Of a DNA stretch of 64,000 nt, positions 24,901 to 36,972 are shown piece after piece. The notes below the pieces were generated by a model. The model searched no databases and was not told the DNA's origin. It saw nothing but the letters and a program-made list of their open reading frames with translations. Numbering within the stretch: the first letter of the stretch is position 1; the number at the start of each line of letters is the position of its first letter. The stretch lies in NCBI RefSeq assembly GCF_963921235.1, contig NC_086097.1, forward strand, positions 150,972,001 to 151,036,000, given 5' to 3'. Position numbers and translations under genes: made by a program. This stretch comes from Mobula hypostoma. Its lineage: Eukaryota.

Positions 24901-25618
24901 TTTACATCGGTGGTGCGCAAGTGGAACAGGTCAAAAGCTTTAAGTTCCTCAGGGTCAATATCACAAATGTCCTGACTTGGTCCAATGAAGCAGAGTTCAC
25001 TGCCAAGAAGGCCCACCAGTGCCTTTACTTCCTGAGAAAACTAGAGAAATTTGGCCTGTCCCCTAAAACCCTCACTAATTTTTATAAATGCACTGTAGAA
25101 AGCATTCTTCTAGGGTGCATCACAACCTGGTATAGAAGTTGTCCTGTTCAAGACCCAAAGAAGCTGCAGAAGATCGTGAACATCACAAATCAAACCAATC
25201 TTCCGGCCTTGGACTCATTTTACACCGCATGCTGTCGGAGTAGTGCTGCCGGGATAATCAAGGACACGATCCACTCAGCCAACACAATTTTCATCCCTCT
25301 TCCCTCTGGGAGAAGGCTCAGGAGCTTGAAGACTCGTATGACCAGATTTGGGAACAGCTTCTTTCCAACTGTGATAAGACTGCTGAACGGATCCTGACCG
25401 TGATCTGGGCTGTACCCTCCAAATATCCGGACCTGCCTCTCAGTTTTTTTGCACTACTTTACTTTCCATTTTTCTATTTTCTATTTATGATTTATAATGT
25501 AAATTTTTAATATTTACTATCAATTTGTAATCTAGGGAGCGGGACGTGCAGAATCAAATATCACTGTGATGATTGTATATCCTAGTATCGATTGTTCGGC
25601 GACAAAAAAGTATTAAGT
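21992..25618 (+). mobile_element. Near full-length Rex1/Babar LINE (~3.6 kb)
   Basis: 5' AAGATGGCGCC; endonuclease and RT ORF pieces; 3' UTR ending aaaaaagtattaagt; RTE sequence resumes on both sides (possible 3-bp TSD ATG). Confidence 0.9.
21998..25397 (+). pseudogene. Rex1 endonuclease-RT ORF with frameshifts and stops
   Basis: ILLANVQAIENK..., FTETWL, GDFN, SDH (22729..24066); [23 protein letters not shown] (24095..24778); LNVSKTKE...LPSGRR...SFFP (24765..25397). Confidence 0.9.
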
Positions 25619-26582
25619 ATGATTGTCACAATGAAGATGGAGAACAAAGTTGGGGCAATCACGCATCCCTGCTTTACTCCTGATCTAACTTGAAATGACT
25701 CACAGTTACTGTTGCTGACCATGACTGTGGCAAGCATGCCATCGTGGAGGAGTCTCAGGATTCGAATGTACTTTTCAGGGCATCCATAGGTGGATAGGAC
25801 ATCCCATAGGAGTTCCCTTGATACCGAGTCAAGGGCTTTGGTGAGGTCGACGAATGCCATGTACAAAGGTTGAAGTTGTTCACGACATTCTTCTTGTAGT
25901 TGTCGCACTGTGAAGATCATGTCAATTGCTCCACGTGATGGTCTAGAACCGGCTTGTGTCTCCGGAAGGATCTTCTCAGCTAAAGGCTTGAGCCGATTGT
26001 TCATGATGCGGGTGAGGATCTTTCCTGCTATTGCTGACAGGGAAATTCCACGATAGTTTCCACATTCAGATCAATCGCCTTTCCTTTTGTAGATGGTAAC
26101 GATTGCTAAGTCTCTAAAGTCTGCTGGTACGTCCTATACAATCTCGAAAGCAGTAATACAGACAGTCCAGTTATTATTCACACGACACCAAAGCAAAATC
26201 TGCTACATTCATGATGTTTATGAAAGGAAGTACAACAAATAAAGTCTTAAATATATAGTTGGCAATGCCACTTAAAAATAATATTAGCAACTTTATAAAT
26301 AACTGGGACCAATTTACAGCAAAAACAAACTGAAGGAAAGAGATGGATCACAAAATCTAATCAGAAGAAAAAGGCTCAATCCCTTGCTTTGATGGGATAA
26401 TCCATTTATTATTCGGCTTCAGGCCTCAGAATGAATTAATGTTTGAGCTGTGGGCACCTATTTACTTGCTTCAGGTGGCAAACCTGAGAAGGCAGCTTGA
26501 AGACTGAGTCTGATCTGACTCTAATATCTGCATATTGTAGAGGCAAGCCAGACAACAGTCAAACTCAACTCCTCATAAGTAC

Positions 26583-26799
26583 AAACAACAGGAATTCTGC
26601 AGATGCTGGAAATTCAAGCAACACACATCAAAGTTGCTGGTGAACGCAGCAGGCCAAGCAGCATCTATAGGAAGAGGCGCAGTCGACGTTTCAGGCCGAG
26701 ACCGTCCTGACGAAGGGTCTCGGCCTGAAACGTCGACTGCGCCTCTTCCTATAGATGCTGCTTGGCCTGCTGCGTTCACCAGCAACTTTGATGTGTGTT
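26583..26799. mobile_element. Penelope-derived fold-back mini-element
   Basis: Perfect 84-bp inverted arms (26620-26703 / 26716-26799), 12-nt spacer, TSD CCTCATAAGTAC (26571-26582 / 26800-26811). Confidence 0.9.
26704..26737 (+). ncRNA. Minimal type I hammerhead ribozyme motif
   Basis: gtc-CTGACGA-a-gggtctcggcct-GAAA-CG-TC-gac: core boxes, stem II, palindromic ACGT stem III, GUC cleavage triplet. Confidence 0.65.
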
Positions 26800-28025
26800 C
26801 CTCATAAGTACTGAGGCTTTGATTTCACACCAAGGGTGACAGGAGTGAAGATCCATTAATGTGATTTGTGATTCCAGCTTCTGGGATTTCTCTAAATAAA
26901 TGAGTAAGCACACAGACAGTATGAGTGGATTTTAATTTGTTGTGTATGATTTTTTTTGAGGTCATTAAAAACAAACCTGGGACAATTTTCTGTTTATATG
27001 CACAAAAAAATCTAGAAGCTTTACAAGAATCATAGGCACTGTGCAGCATAGGGAGTCTTCATCATTTTATCCCGGATTGTGCATGAAGCCTGTCAAAAAA
27101 GATACAATCTTGACACATCCCTTTCAAATCCTGGATCAATCCGATTAGTCTTCACTGGTAAAGAAAGTTGCAGAGCCTAACCTTAAGTCAGAAGATCCTC
27201 TTTTGCTGTGGCTGATAACTATCTGAGTTCCTGCTTGACGAACCTTACTAAATTGTGTCTGTTTTACTTGGAGGAGTAGGATGCAGCCCCAGACACCAGG
27301 CTCTCGTCAATTAGCAGAGTTGAAACAGTTGGTAAAGACTGAACAATTCTTAAATTCACAGGGGTAATGGGGGCATAGATTAAGAATTGCAACAAGAGAG
27401 ATGGACTACATCTAAATCCAGTAGAAGCAACAGGAATTAATTATTGTTTCTCAATAGTTAAGAAAAAATGCACTCAATCTCTCAGACCCCAACACTATCG
27501 ATTTTAAAGAAAATCAGCAGGTACGGTATATCACCTTGTTCCCAATATGTCTGAATTTAAAAAGTACTGAAACCAAGGCTGGCAAAAGGCAGCTCGATAT
27601 TGCAAATTGTTTTGTTGTTACCTAACAGAATAGTTCCAATGTAGATATGATATTGGAAAAGGCTCTGCTGTTGTGGCACTCAAAATTTTTTCAGAAATAT
27701 TCAGATTGTAACATCATTCTTTATGTAAAACTGATTTAATTTTTATAGTGCCAAAATTTACTTCATTGATGTAGCTGATGACTTGTGTTATGCATACAAG
27801 GAAGGTCCAGCGGCTGGCAAGACCTACTTAGCAGCATGATTAAAGGAATTAGCAGTCCCTTGAAGGTTTGTGGCTGATTGATTTATGAATACTGGTTGGA
27901 TTTTTTTCAGAAGTCATGACGAAGTTTCAAGTTGACAGCAAATTATGTTGTCAATGCATTGACTCTGGACATTGATAGAGCCTTTTTGCTCATGCCATGA
28001 ATGTTTTTGTGATAATTCCCCCAGG

Positions 28026-28837
28026 TGTCATGGTCCAGATCGGGTTCCCTTTAAATTTACTTCGTTTGTGTTATGATCCGGACCGTTGACTCCCTGTTTC
28101 CCTTTGGTTTCCTGTTTTCCCGTGTTCCCGTGTCCCTCGGGCTTGGTGATTGGAGGCAATTTACTCTCGGCTGAACCGGCAGTTTATAAGTCTCTGGCTT
28201 TCAGCCGTTCGGTGCAAGAGCGTTAACAGAGTCACCGAAGGTACTGCGAGCCAATGTCATCTGGCCGGAGCAAGCCTAGTCTCCTCCCGAAGCAAGTGCC
28301 AGCAAGCCGCCTTCCCTTGTCAGTACGAGTCAGTCAAAGTTAACCCGCTGGGGTGAGTCTAGAGCTCGCCGCGGCTTGGAGCGTACTTGAGACCAGTTAT
28401 AGTTCTGTCCATTGTTGTGTGGTCTCTGTATCCATATCGTGCATCTAAAAGGGGTCCCGGCCCTGTACCCTGGAAGGGTCCTGACACTGTGTCAAGAAGA
28501 GTCCCGACTCCGTCCTGTGTCAAAGGAGGGTTCCCGGCTCCATGTTTTATGTCCTGTGTCTGAGTCTGTCCCCATGAATAAGAAGAGTCCTGGCCCCGGA
28601 GGCTCCAGGTATCAAGTCCTGGCCCCTGGCTGCTCCAAGTATCAAGTCCTGGCCCTGGAAATCCGTGATTCCAAGTCCTAGCCCAGACCCTTCGTCCCAG
28701 CCTAGTCCAAGGCCTGAGTCCTATTCCTGCTTCTGCTTTGCTCTCCTTGTAACGAGCTATAAACCCAGCTGAATTTACCCCACATAGTGTTTCTGTGTCT
28801 TGCATTTGGGTCCACTCCCAGCGCCCTGATTGTGACA
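28026..28837 (+). mobile_element. Solo LTR (812 bp) with internal tandem repeats
   Basis: TGTCA...TGACA termini, TSD CCAGG/CTAGG, 3' motif tgtgtcttgcatttgggtcc, repeated ctcca(g/a)gtatcaagtcctggcccc at ~28602-28656. Confidence 0.8.
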
Positions 28838-29675
28838 CTAGGATTATGCCATGAGAGAGGGAATGAGGAGAAAACATGCACTGGATGGTGATTTACAAGA
28901 AGATGGAGGAAGGGGAATTGGAAAAAAGGCTAAACCCACAGGAGTCTCTGAACTGTATTGGAGAAATCCCTGAAGAGTTTCTTTGTGTTTTCTCTTTCTA
29001 ACTTTCCTCACTAACCTATCAACCAGATAACTTTGTCATCAGTTTACCACCAGATGTGTAAGTTAACCAGATTGCTGCCATCTCTGACCAGACTTCTCCT
29101 CAAAGGTTTGTAAATCTTTGGAACTCAGAATAACTGTGATTGACCTTTCAATGAGATCGATAGAGTAATAAAGGTGTCTGGGGATCAGAAGTGGGCTGAA
29201 GAGAGGAAGAACGTATGTGAGAAAGAGAATCAGATAGGTGATGTTTAATGGTGGAGCAAGCAAGAGGCCACTTGATCTATTGATCCTATATTTTAATGTT
29301 ACGAGGTTCAAACCAATTGTAATCTAACTGGATGGAACAACAATTGAGAAGGGCAAGGAGGAGCATTAGAACCACACTACGGCCATATGATAATCTGTAA
29401 AGACATACTTTTACAGATACCAACTATTGTACTGTAATTTATAATGAAATGAGGTTCAATTAAAGTCATATAGACCGAGCAATATCAGAAAGGTAATCAT
29501 GAGGGTCAGGTTTGTACTTTAGGCATATAGCAATCCAAGTTCCTTTGAAAATGTAGTTGGCCTATGTGTTAACTGTGTTGTAAGTGCTGACCCCATTATA
29601 AAGCTATTATCTTTGTGTTAATATAGGTGAGGCCATTCAAATTTGACCTCATTAGGGGGTTCACATCATTTAAAA

Positions 29676-30601
29676 CAGCGGTCCCCAACCTCCAGGCCGC
29701 GGACCGATACATTGCCGCGAAGAATGCAGTGGTGCAGCAGTAGTCGGAACGCACCCAGCACATCTTTAAGAAAAAAGCCGAAATAAACTAGCTAATTAAT
29801 TAGGTGCCGCCTGGCACGTAAATGTCGGCCCAGATCAGAGGCGACGCAATCGGCAATCGCCTCTGATCTGGGCTGACATTTACGTGCTGGGCGGCATCTA
29901 ATTAATTACCTTGTTTATTTCAGCTTTTTTTCTTAAATCAGAATCAGAATCAGAATCCTTTATTATCGCCAAGTATGTGGACACATACAGGGAATTCGAT
30001 GCCGGTTTCCCTGAGCTCTCGCTGTACAGAATCAAAAAGCAAACAAAACAATTGTGCAAATAATTGTGAAATATATACAATGAGGTATACCTGTGTATGT
30101 ACAGGTGGATTTGGTTTATAATAGACTAAAATTCAAATGTTCATAAGACTGATGGCATACGGAAAGAAACTGTTCTTGTACCTATTTGTCCTGGCATACA
30201 GTGATCTAAAGCGCCTACCAGAAGGAAGGAGTTGGAACAGGTGATGTCCAGGGTGTGGTGGGTCTACAATGATGCTGCTCGCTCGCTTCCTGACTCTAGA
30301 TGCATATAAGTCCTGGATCGAGGGCAGCTTCACAGCAATAATCCTTTCTGCATCCCTGACGGTTCTTTGGAGTCTATTCTTGACTTGTTTGGTAGCTGAT
30401 CCAAACCAGACAGTGATGAACGAACAGAGAATAGACTGGATTATTCCTGAATAGAATTGAATCAGCAGCTCCTGATGCAGGTTGTACTTCCTGAGTTGAC
30501 GTAGGAAACAAAGATGTGCTGGGTACGTTCCGACTACCGCTGGACCACTGCATTCTTCGCAGCAATGTATCAGTCCGTGGCTCGGACGTTGGGGACCACT
30601 G
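29676..30601. mobile_element. Palindromic hAT (Charlie-type) MITE interrupted by a LINE fragment
   Basis: TIRs CAGCGGTCCCCAAC / GTTGGGGACCACTG, TSD ATTTAAAA / TTTTAAAA; the body is an inverted repeat centred near 29850. Confidence 0.88.
29938..30509 (-). mobile_element. Rex1-like LINE 3' fragment with (TTCTGA)n tail
   Basis: ORF 30133..30333 (HPGHHLFQLLPSGRRFRS...NSFFPYAI); the MITE arm resumes at 30510. Confidence 0.85.
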
Positions 30602-30651
30602 TTTTAAAACTAGGTTGAATTTGCAAGTATTTGAAGAAATTTCACTTACAA

Positions 30652-31140
30652 AGTTCAAAGCTCAAAGTAAATTTATTGTTAAAGTACATATATGTGTGTT
30701 CTCTTGTGAGCATAAATACAAAACACACAATAGAATCAGAGGAAGACCACACCCAACATCCAATGTGCAGAAGAAAACAACAAACTGTGCAAATGCAAAA
30801 AGAAAGACAAATAATAATAATAAAATAATAATAATATAAATAACTAAGCAATAAGTATTGAGAACATGAGATGAAAAGTTCTCGAACGTGAGTCCAGTTC
30901 ACTGATGAGGCGAGTGAAGTTATCCCCTCTGGTTCAAGAGTCTGATGGTTGAGGGATAATAATTGTGCCTGAATCTGGTGGTGCGAGCCCTAAGACTCCT
31001 GTATCTCCTTTCTGATGGCAGCAGTGAGAAGAGAGCATGGCCTGGATTGTGGGGGTCCTCGATAATGGATGCTGCTTTCCTTGTAGATATGCTCGGTGGT
31101 GGGGAGGTCTTTACCTGTGATGAACTGGTTCATATCCATT
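30652..31140 (-). mobile_element. Rex1-like LINE 3' fragment
   Basis: aagttcaaag..aaatttatt tail plus the reverse-complement LPSERR...LSLNHQ region, similar to 150-350. Confidence 0.65.
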
Positions 31141-31270
31141 AATTTTGCAATCAGAGATCCATATTTTTAAAAATCTTACATGCAACATAATAGAGAATGT
31201 GATTATTATTCGAAAGCTAGGCAGAGTCAGCAATATCCTGGTACTTCTCAACTAAAACATTTAGAATAGC

Positions 31271-32117
31271 TAAGCACATCTTTCCCCCTCCACCCCTCTC
31301 CGCCTTCCGCAGGGATCGGTCCCTCCCCATGGATCTCCCACCTGGCACTTATCCCTGTAAGTGCAAGTGCTACACCTGTCCCTGCACCTCCTCTCTTGTC
31401 ACCATTCAGGGCCCCAAACAGTCCTTCCAAGTGAGGCAACACTTCACTTGTGAGTCTGTTGGGGTCATCTATTGCATCCGGTGCTCCCGGTGCGGCCTCC
31501 CCTACACTGGTGAAACCCGATGCAGATTGGGGGACCACTTCGTCGAGCACCTCCGCTCCGTCCGCCAAAACAGACAGGATCTCCCAGTAGCCACCCACTT
31601 CAACTCTGCTTCCCACTCCCATTCAGATATGTCCATACATGGCCTCCTCTACTGCCATGATGAGACTAAACTCAGGTTGGAGGAGCAACACCTCATATAC
31701 TGTCAAGGTAGTCTCCAGCCCCTTGGTATGAACATAGAATTCTCCAACTTCCGGTAATTCCCTCCCCCTCCCTTCCCCTATCCCTATGTCACTCTGCCCC
31801 CTCCCCCAGCTGCCTATCACCTCCCTCATGGTTCCACCTCCTTCTACTACCCATTGTGTTTTCCCCTATTCTTTCTTCACCTTTCCTGCCTATCACCTCC
31901 CTGCTTCCCCTCCGCCACCCCTTTATCTTTCCCCTTACTGGTTTTTCACCTGGAACCTACCAGCCTTCTCCTCCCTGCCCTCCCCCCACCTTCTTTATAG
32001 GGCCTCTGCCCCTTCCCTCTTCAGTCCTGATGAAGGGTTCCGGATCGAAACGTTGACTGATCGTTTTCAGAGATGCTGCCCGACCTGCTGAGTTTCTCCA
32101 GCGTGTTGTGAGTGTTG
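31271..32117 (+). mobile_element. Penelope-like (Neptune-type) element 3' part with GIY-YIG endonuclease
   Basis: ORF 31329..31757 (FTCESVGVIYCIRCSRCGLPYTGET...FVEHL...LEEQHLI..GMN); 11-bp TSD TTTAGAATAGC (31260-31270 / 32118-32128). Confidence 0.92.
32021..32060 (+). ncRNA. Minimal hammerhead ribozyme motif (stem II degraded)
   Basis: TCAGTC-CTGATGA-agggttccggatc-GAAA-CG-TT-GACTGA, with a perfect 6-bp stem I. Confidence 0.6.
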
Positions 32118-32555
32118 TTTAGAATAGCCAGCCATTTCATTGGTCACGAGTTTAATGGAGGGAAATAGGTAACTCTGAGTTAAAACAATTTGATTAGCAT
32201 TGAAGCCTGTAAAGTATTTCCTGCATTTTATGGATTATGAGAGGAGTCAATGCAGAATTGCCACTGCAATGTTATCGATCTGAAGAGTTAGAAAGTGTCA
32301 GAATAACTGTGACCATTTTACAACCTGATATGAATGACAGATCTGATAAAAGATTAGTAACCATCAGGCAATTACATATTCACACTAAAGAAAGCTGCTC
32401 GAATGAATCATTTCTTGGTTGAAATGTTCCATATATTAAACATATCAGTAATGCAGCATGATTCTTGCTGCATTAATATCCCTGTCTGTTAAGTAGTTCT
32501 GTCTCCTACTTCACCATTAAAAACATATCTCATATGATTATAATAATGTATCTTT

Positions 32556-33402
32556 GCAAACACGAGGAAATCTGCAGATGCTGGAATTTCAAGCAACACA
32601 CACAAAAAATGCTGGTGAATGCAGCAGGCCAGGCAGCATCCATAGGAAGAGGTACATTTGAAGTTTTGGGCCGAAACCCTTCATCAGGACTAACTGAAAG
32701 AAGAGATAGTAATAGATTTGAAAGTGGGAGGGGGAGGGGGAGAGGGAGATCCGAAATGATAGGAGAAGACAGGAGGGGGAGGGATGGAGCCAAGAGCTGG
32801 AAAGTTGATTGGCAAAAGGGATATGAGGCTGGAGAAGGGAGAGGATCATGGGACGGGAGGCCTAGGGAGAAAGAAAGGGGGAGGGGAGTGCCAGAGGATG
32901 GGCAAGGAGTATAGTGAGAGGGACAGAGGAAGAAAAAGGAAAGAGAGAGAGAAAATTAATAATAATAAATAAAAAGTTAATAATAATAATAATTAATAAA
33001 TAATGGATGGGATACGAAGGGAAGGTGGGGCATTAATGGAAGTTAGAGAACTCAATGTTCTTGCCATCAGGTTAGAGGCTACCCAGATGGAATATAAGGT
33101 GTTGTTCCTCCAACCTGAGTGTGGCTTCATCTTTACAGAAGAGGAGGCCGTAGGTAGACATGTCAGAATGGGAATGGGACGTGGAATTAAAATGTATGGC
33201 CACTGGGAGATCCTGCTTTCTCTGGCGGATAGAGCATAGGTGTTCAGTGAAACAGTCTCCCAGCCTGCATCGGGTCTCGCCAATATATAAAAGGCCGCAT
33301 CGGGAGCACCGGACGCAGTATATCACCCTATACGACTCACAGGTGAAGTGTCGCCTCACCTGGAAGGACTGTCTGGGGCCCTGAATGCTAAGGGAGGAAG
33401 TG
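32556..33402 (-). mobile_element. Penelope-like element 3' part (GIY-YIG)
   Basis: ORF 33072..33359 (VIYCVRCSRCGLLYIGET...EHL); terminal repeat with a mutated hammerhead at ~32655-32692. Confidence 0.9.
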
Positions 33403-34986
33403 GTGCTAGCAAGTTTGTGAACCCTTTAGAATTTTCCCCATTTCTGCATAAATATGACCTAAAATATGATCAGATCGTCACACAAGTCCTAAAACTAGAT
33501 AAAAAGAAACCAATTAAATAAATAACACAAAAAACATTATACTTGTTCATTCATTTATTGAGAAAAAATGATTCAATATTACATGTATTTGTTGGAAAAA
33601 GTATGTGAACCTTTGCTTTCAGTAACTGGCATGACCCCCTTGTACAGCAATAACTTTAATCAAACATTTCAGGTAACTGTTGATCAGTCCTGCACATTGG
33701 CTTGGAGGAACTTTAGACCATTCAGTTCAACAATATTTCTGTGATATCTTGCATGAACAGCCCTCTTCAGGTCACGTCACAACATCTCAATTGGGTTAAG
33801 ATCTGGACTCTGACTTGGCCACTTCAAAACATAAATTTTCTTCTTTTTAAACCATTCTGTGGTCGATTAACTCTTGTGTTTCAGATCATTGCTTTGTTGC
33901 ATCATCCAACTTCTGTTAAGCTTCTGGTGCTGGGCCGCTACCCTGACATTTTCCTGTAAAATGCCTTGATACAATTTTGAATTCATTGTTCCCTCAGTGA
34001 TTGCAAACTTTCCAGGTCCTGAGGCAGCAAATTAGCCCCAAACCATGATGCTCCTTCCACCATGCTTCACCATTGGAATGATGTTTTGGTGTTGGTGTGC
34101 TGTGCCCATTTTCCTCCAAACATAGCAGTGTACATTTCTGCCAAAAAGTTCAGCTTTTGTCTCATCTGTCCAGAGAACATTGACCCCGTAGCATTGTGGA
34201 ACATCCAGGTGGTCTTTGAAAACTTGGGATGTGCAGCAATGTTTTTTGGAGAACAATGGTTTCCTCCATGATGTTCCTCCAGGAGCACCTTTCTTGTTCA
34301 GTACTTTTCTTATAATGGACACATGATCAGAGACTTTAACAAGTTCTAGAGATTTCTGCAGGTATTTTATTGTTATCCTTATGTTCTTTTTCACCTCCTT
34401 CAGCATTACACATTGTGTTCTTGGTGTGATTTTTGCAGGATGCCCACTCCTAGGGAGAGTAGCAACTGTACTGAATTTCCTCCATTTGTAGAGAATTTCT
34501 CTTATTGTGGACTGATGAACACTCAGGTCTTTAGAAATGCTTTTGTCGCCTTTCCCAGCTTCATGCATCTCCACAATCCTCCTTCTAAGGTCCTCTGAAG
34601 GTTGTTTTGCTTGAGCCGTGTTGTACATAAACACATCTTTCTTGAGAAGTGCAGGCTCTGTCAGTAATCTGTCTTCTTACAGGGCAGGGCACTTCCTTGA
34701 CCCACACCTCCAATACATCCCATTGACTGGAACACCTGACTCCAACTAGCTTTTGTAGAAGGCGATACCCCAGAGGTTCACATAGTATTTTGAACCTAGA
34801 CTATAATTGTTTAAGTGGTGTAGTCAGTAATGAAAGAAGGAGTACAATTGTTTATATGTTATTAGTTTAGGCAGATTGTGTTTGTCTATTTGTGTGACTT
34901 AGATAAAGATCAGACCACATTTTATGAGTAATTAATGCAGAAAAACAAATAAGTGCAAAGGATTCACAAACTTTTTCTTGCAACTG
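33403..34986 (-). mobile_element. Tc1 DNA transposon (~1.6 kb, IR/DR type) with frameshifted transposase
   Basis: ORF 34032..34634 (SEDLRRRIVEMHEAGKG...LPRSGHP, VLWTDETK, VKHGGRSIMVWG); right end ...CAACTG+TA; AAGT(T/A)TGTGAACC direct repeats at 33411 and 33599, mirrored at ~34775 and 34960. Confidence 0.9.
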
Positions 34987-35349
34987 TAGCAGTTTTAGCA
35001 AAACATTACAAACGACTCACAGGTCTAATATTACCAGGATATGACGCTTAGTCATATAATGACGGTATGAGGACAATTGAGTAAAGGCTGGGTCAGAGAG
35101 TTGGTTTAATGAAATGCTTTAGAAAAAAAAAATGTTGGAAGATCTTTGAAAGTCTTCAGGTCAGGGGTTCAGCAGTTGAAGGTGTGGGCGACAACCTTGC
35201 AACAATTAAATTCAGAGCATTTAAGAGGCCAGAAATGGAGGACAACAGATTGTAGGATTAAATAGGACAGGGAGGGACAAGACAGGGGTGGGGGATGCTT
35301 TTAAAACAAGGATGACAATTTTGAAGTGAAATTATCCATTAAACAGGAA

Positions 35350-36760
35350 CCATAGAACATAGTAAAGTACTGCAGAAGATAGGCCCTTTGGCGCACAATA
35401 TTTGTGTCGAATATGATATCAATTTAACCTGCACAACCGCCGGAATATCCCTGTATTCCCTGCCTGCTCATCTAACTATCCAAATATCCCTAAATGCCGC
35501 AATTGGACGTGTTTCCACCACTTCCCCGACACTGTGTTCTAGGCACTTACTACTCTCTGTGTAAAACTAACCTGCCACATAAATATTTAAACTTTTCACC
35601 TCATGTTAAAGTTATGTCCTCTTGCATTTAACATTTCCATTCTGGGAAAAGACATTATCTACCCATCTATGCCTCTGATAATTTTATGTACTTTTATCAG
35701 GACTGTCCTCAGCCAAGTTTGTCCAAATTCTCATTCTAGCTTAAACTCACCTATTCCAGGCAGCATCCTGGGGAACCTCTTCTACACTCTTTCTGAAGCC
35801 TCCACATTCTTCCTGCAACAGGGTGACCAGAATTACATACAATACTCCAAACGTGGGTTCCAAAGGTTTTATACAATTGCAATGTAAATTCCCAATTTTT
35901 ATACTCAGCACACTTAACTGATGAAGGCAATCAAGCAGTATGGCTTCTTAACTCACATATTGACTTTACTTGTCACTGTCTGGGAGCACCCAAGACTTCT
36001 CAATGCTCTTAAGGGTCCTATGACTTACCATATACCTTCCTTTTACATGTCACCTCTCAGTGCAGCTTTCTACACCCGTCTGCATTAAACCTTACCTGCC
36101 ATTTCTTTGTCCACATTTCCAACTGTATATCAAAGTGAATCATTTCACATCCTTTGTTACCATCTAGAACTCCACCAATTTTTGTGTTTTCTGCAGAATT
36201 ACTAATGTCCACTTATATTTTTATCGAAATCTTTACTTTTACCACAAATAAAAGAGGTCCTAGCACTTGTTCCTGAAGAATATAACTGGTCAAGGACCTC
36301 TATTCAGAACAATGTCCCTCCACTGCCACTACCCTCTGTTTTCCTTGGCCAAGCCAATATTGAATGTAATCTACTGAGTTACCACGGATCCTATGTGGTT
36401 TAATTTGCTGCATAAGCCTACCATGAGGGACTATGTCAAAAGCTTTCCTGAAGTATTTACTACCTTACCCTCATCAATCATCTTCATCACCTGCTTAAAA
36501 AATTCAATTATATTTCTAAGAAATGACCTCCCTCACACAAACCCATGCTGATTATCTCCAAAAAGCCTGTGCTTTTCCAGATGCAAGTAGATCCTATCTC
36601 TCCAATAATTTCCACAGCACTGACCTAAGGACCACTAACCTCAAATTTCCTAGTTTGTCCCTACTACCCTTCATAAACAAAAGGACAGCACTGACTCTTT
36701 TGCAGTCATCTAGGACCTTGCCTGTTGCTACTGGATACAAAGATCTCTGTCATGGCCCAA
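35350..36760 (-). mobile_element. Degraded CR1 LINE
   Basis: catagaacatag tail; antisense CR1 motifs (ggtgaccagaattacatacaatactcca; gtcaaaagctttcctgaag). Confidence 0.8.
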
Positions 36761-36972
36761 GTACTTCTTTAAGTAAGCAAGCACAGGAGATTCAGGTGTC
36801 TGGGACTTGGTGTGAGTCAAGACCAGCAATGTTTATAAAACTGTAAGCATATAGAAAACAGGAAAGTGGAGAGCTGGGAGGACTGCAGCAAATCCAGAAG
36901 TAAAGAAGGTATGGATAGTTGCTTAGTCATGCGTGAACTGATGGCCAATGGATATACACCACGTATAGATCT

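Larger units (their letters stand above)
20865..26134 (-). mobile_element. 5'-truncated RTE-clade LINE (20865-21991 plus 25619-26134), split by a Rex1 insertion
   Basis: ORFs 25582..26004 (AFVDLTKALDSV, GVKQGCVIAPTLF), 21448..22041 (QYADD, FPYLGS, LLYASETW), 21007..21357 (QLRWSSHV...LPKQIFYSQL); TSD core ACAATCTC at 20857-20864 / 26138-26145. Confidence 0.92.

Noticed and set aside
26573..26785. 70-aa ORF and similar MLVNAAGQAASIGRG ORFs (e.g. 32534..32914)
   Set aside because: Readings of the non-coding Penelope terminal repeat
28590..28700. Short direct repeats resembling a CRISPR array
   Set aside because: Eukaryotic LTR tandem repeat with no unique spacers and no cas genes
28359..28877. 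172-aa ORF with a repeated GPGLDTWS peptide
   Set aside because: Translation of tandem repeats inside a solo LTR
31758..32020. Pyrimidine/purine-skewed tracts with G-quadruplex potential (also ~32720-32950 and ~40970-41225)
   Set aside because: Ordinary low-complexity 3' region shared by all Penelope copies here; nothing locus-specific
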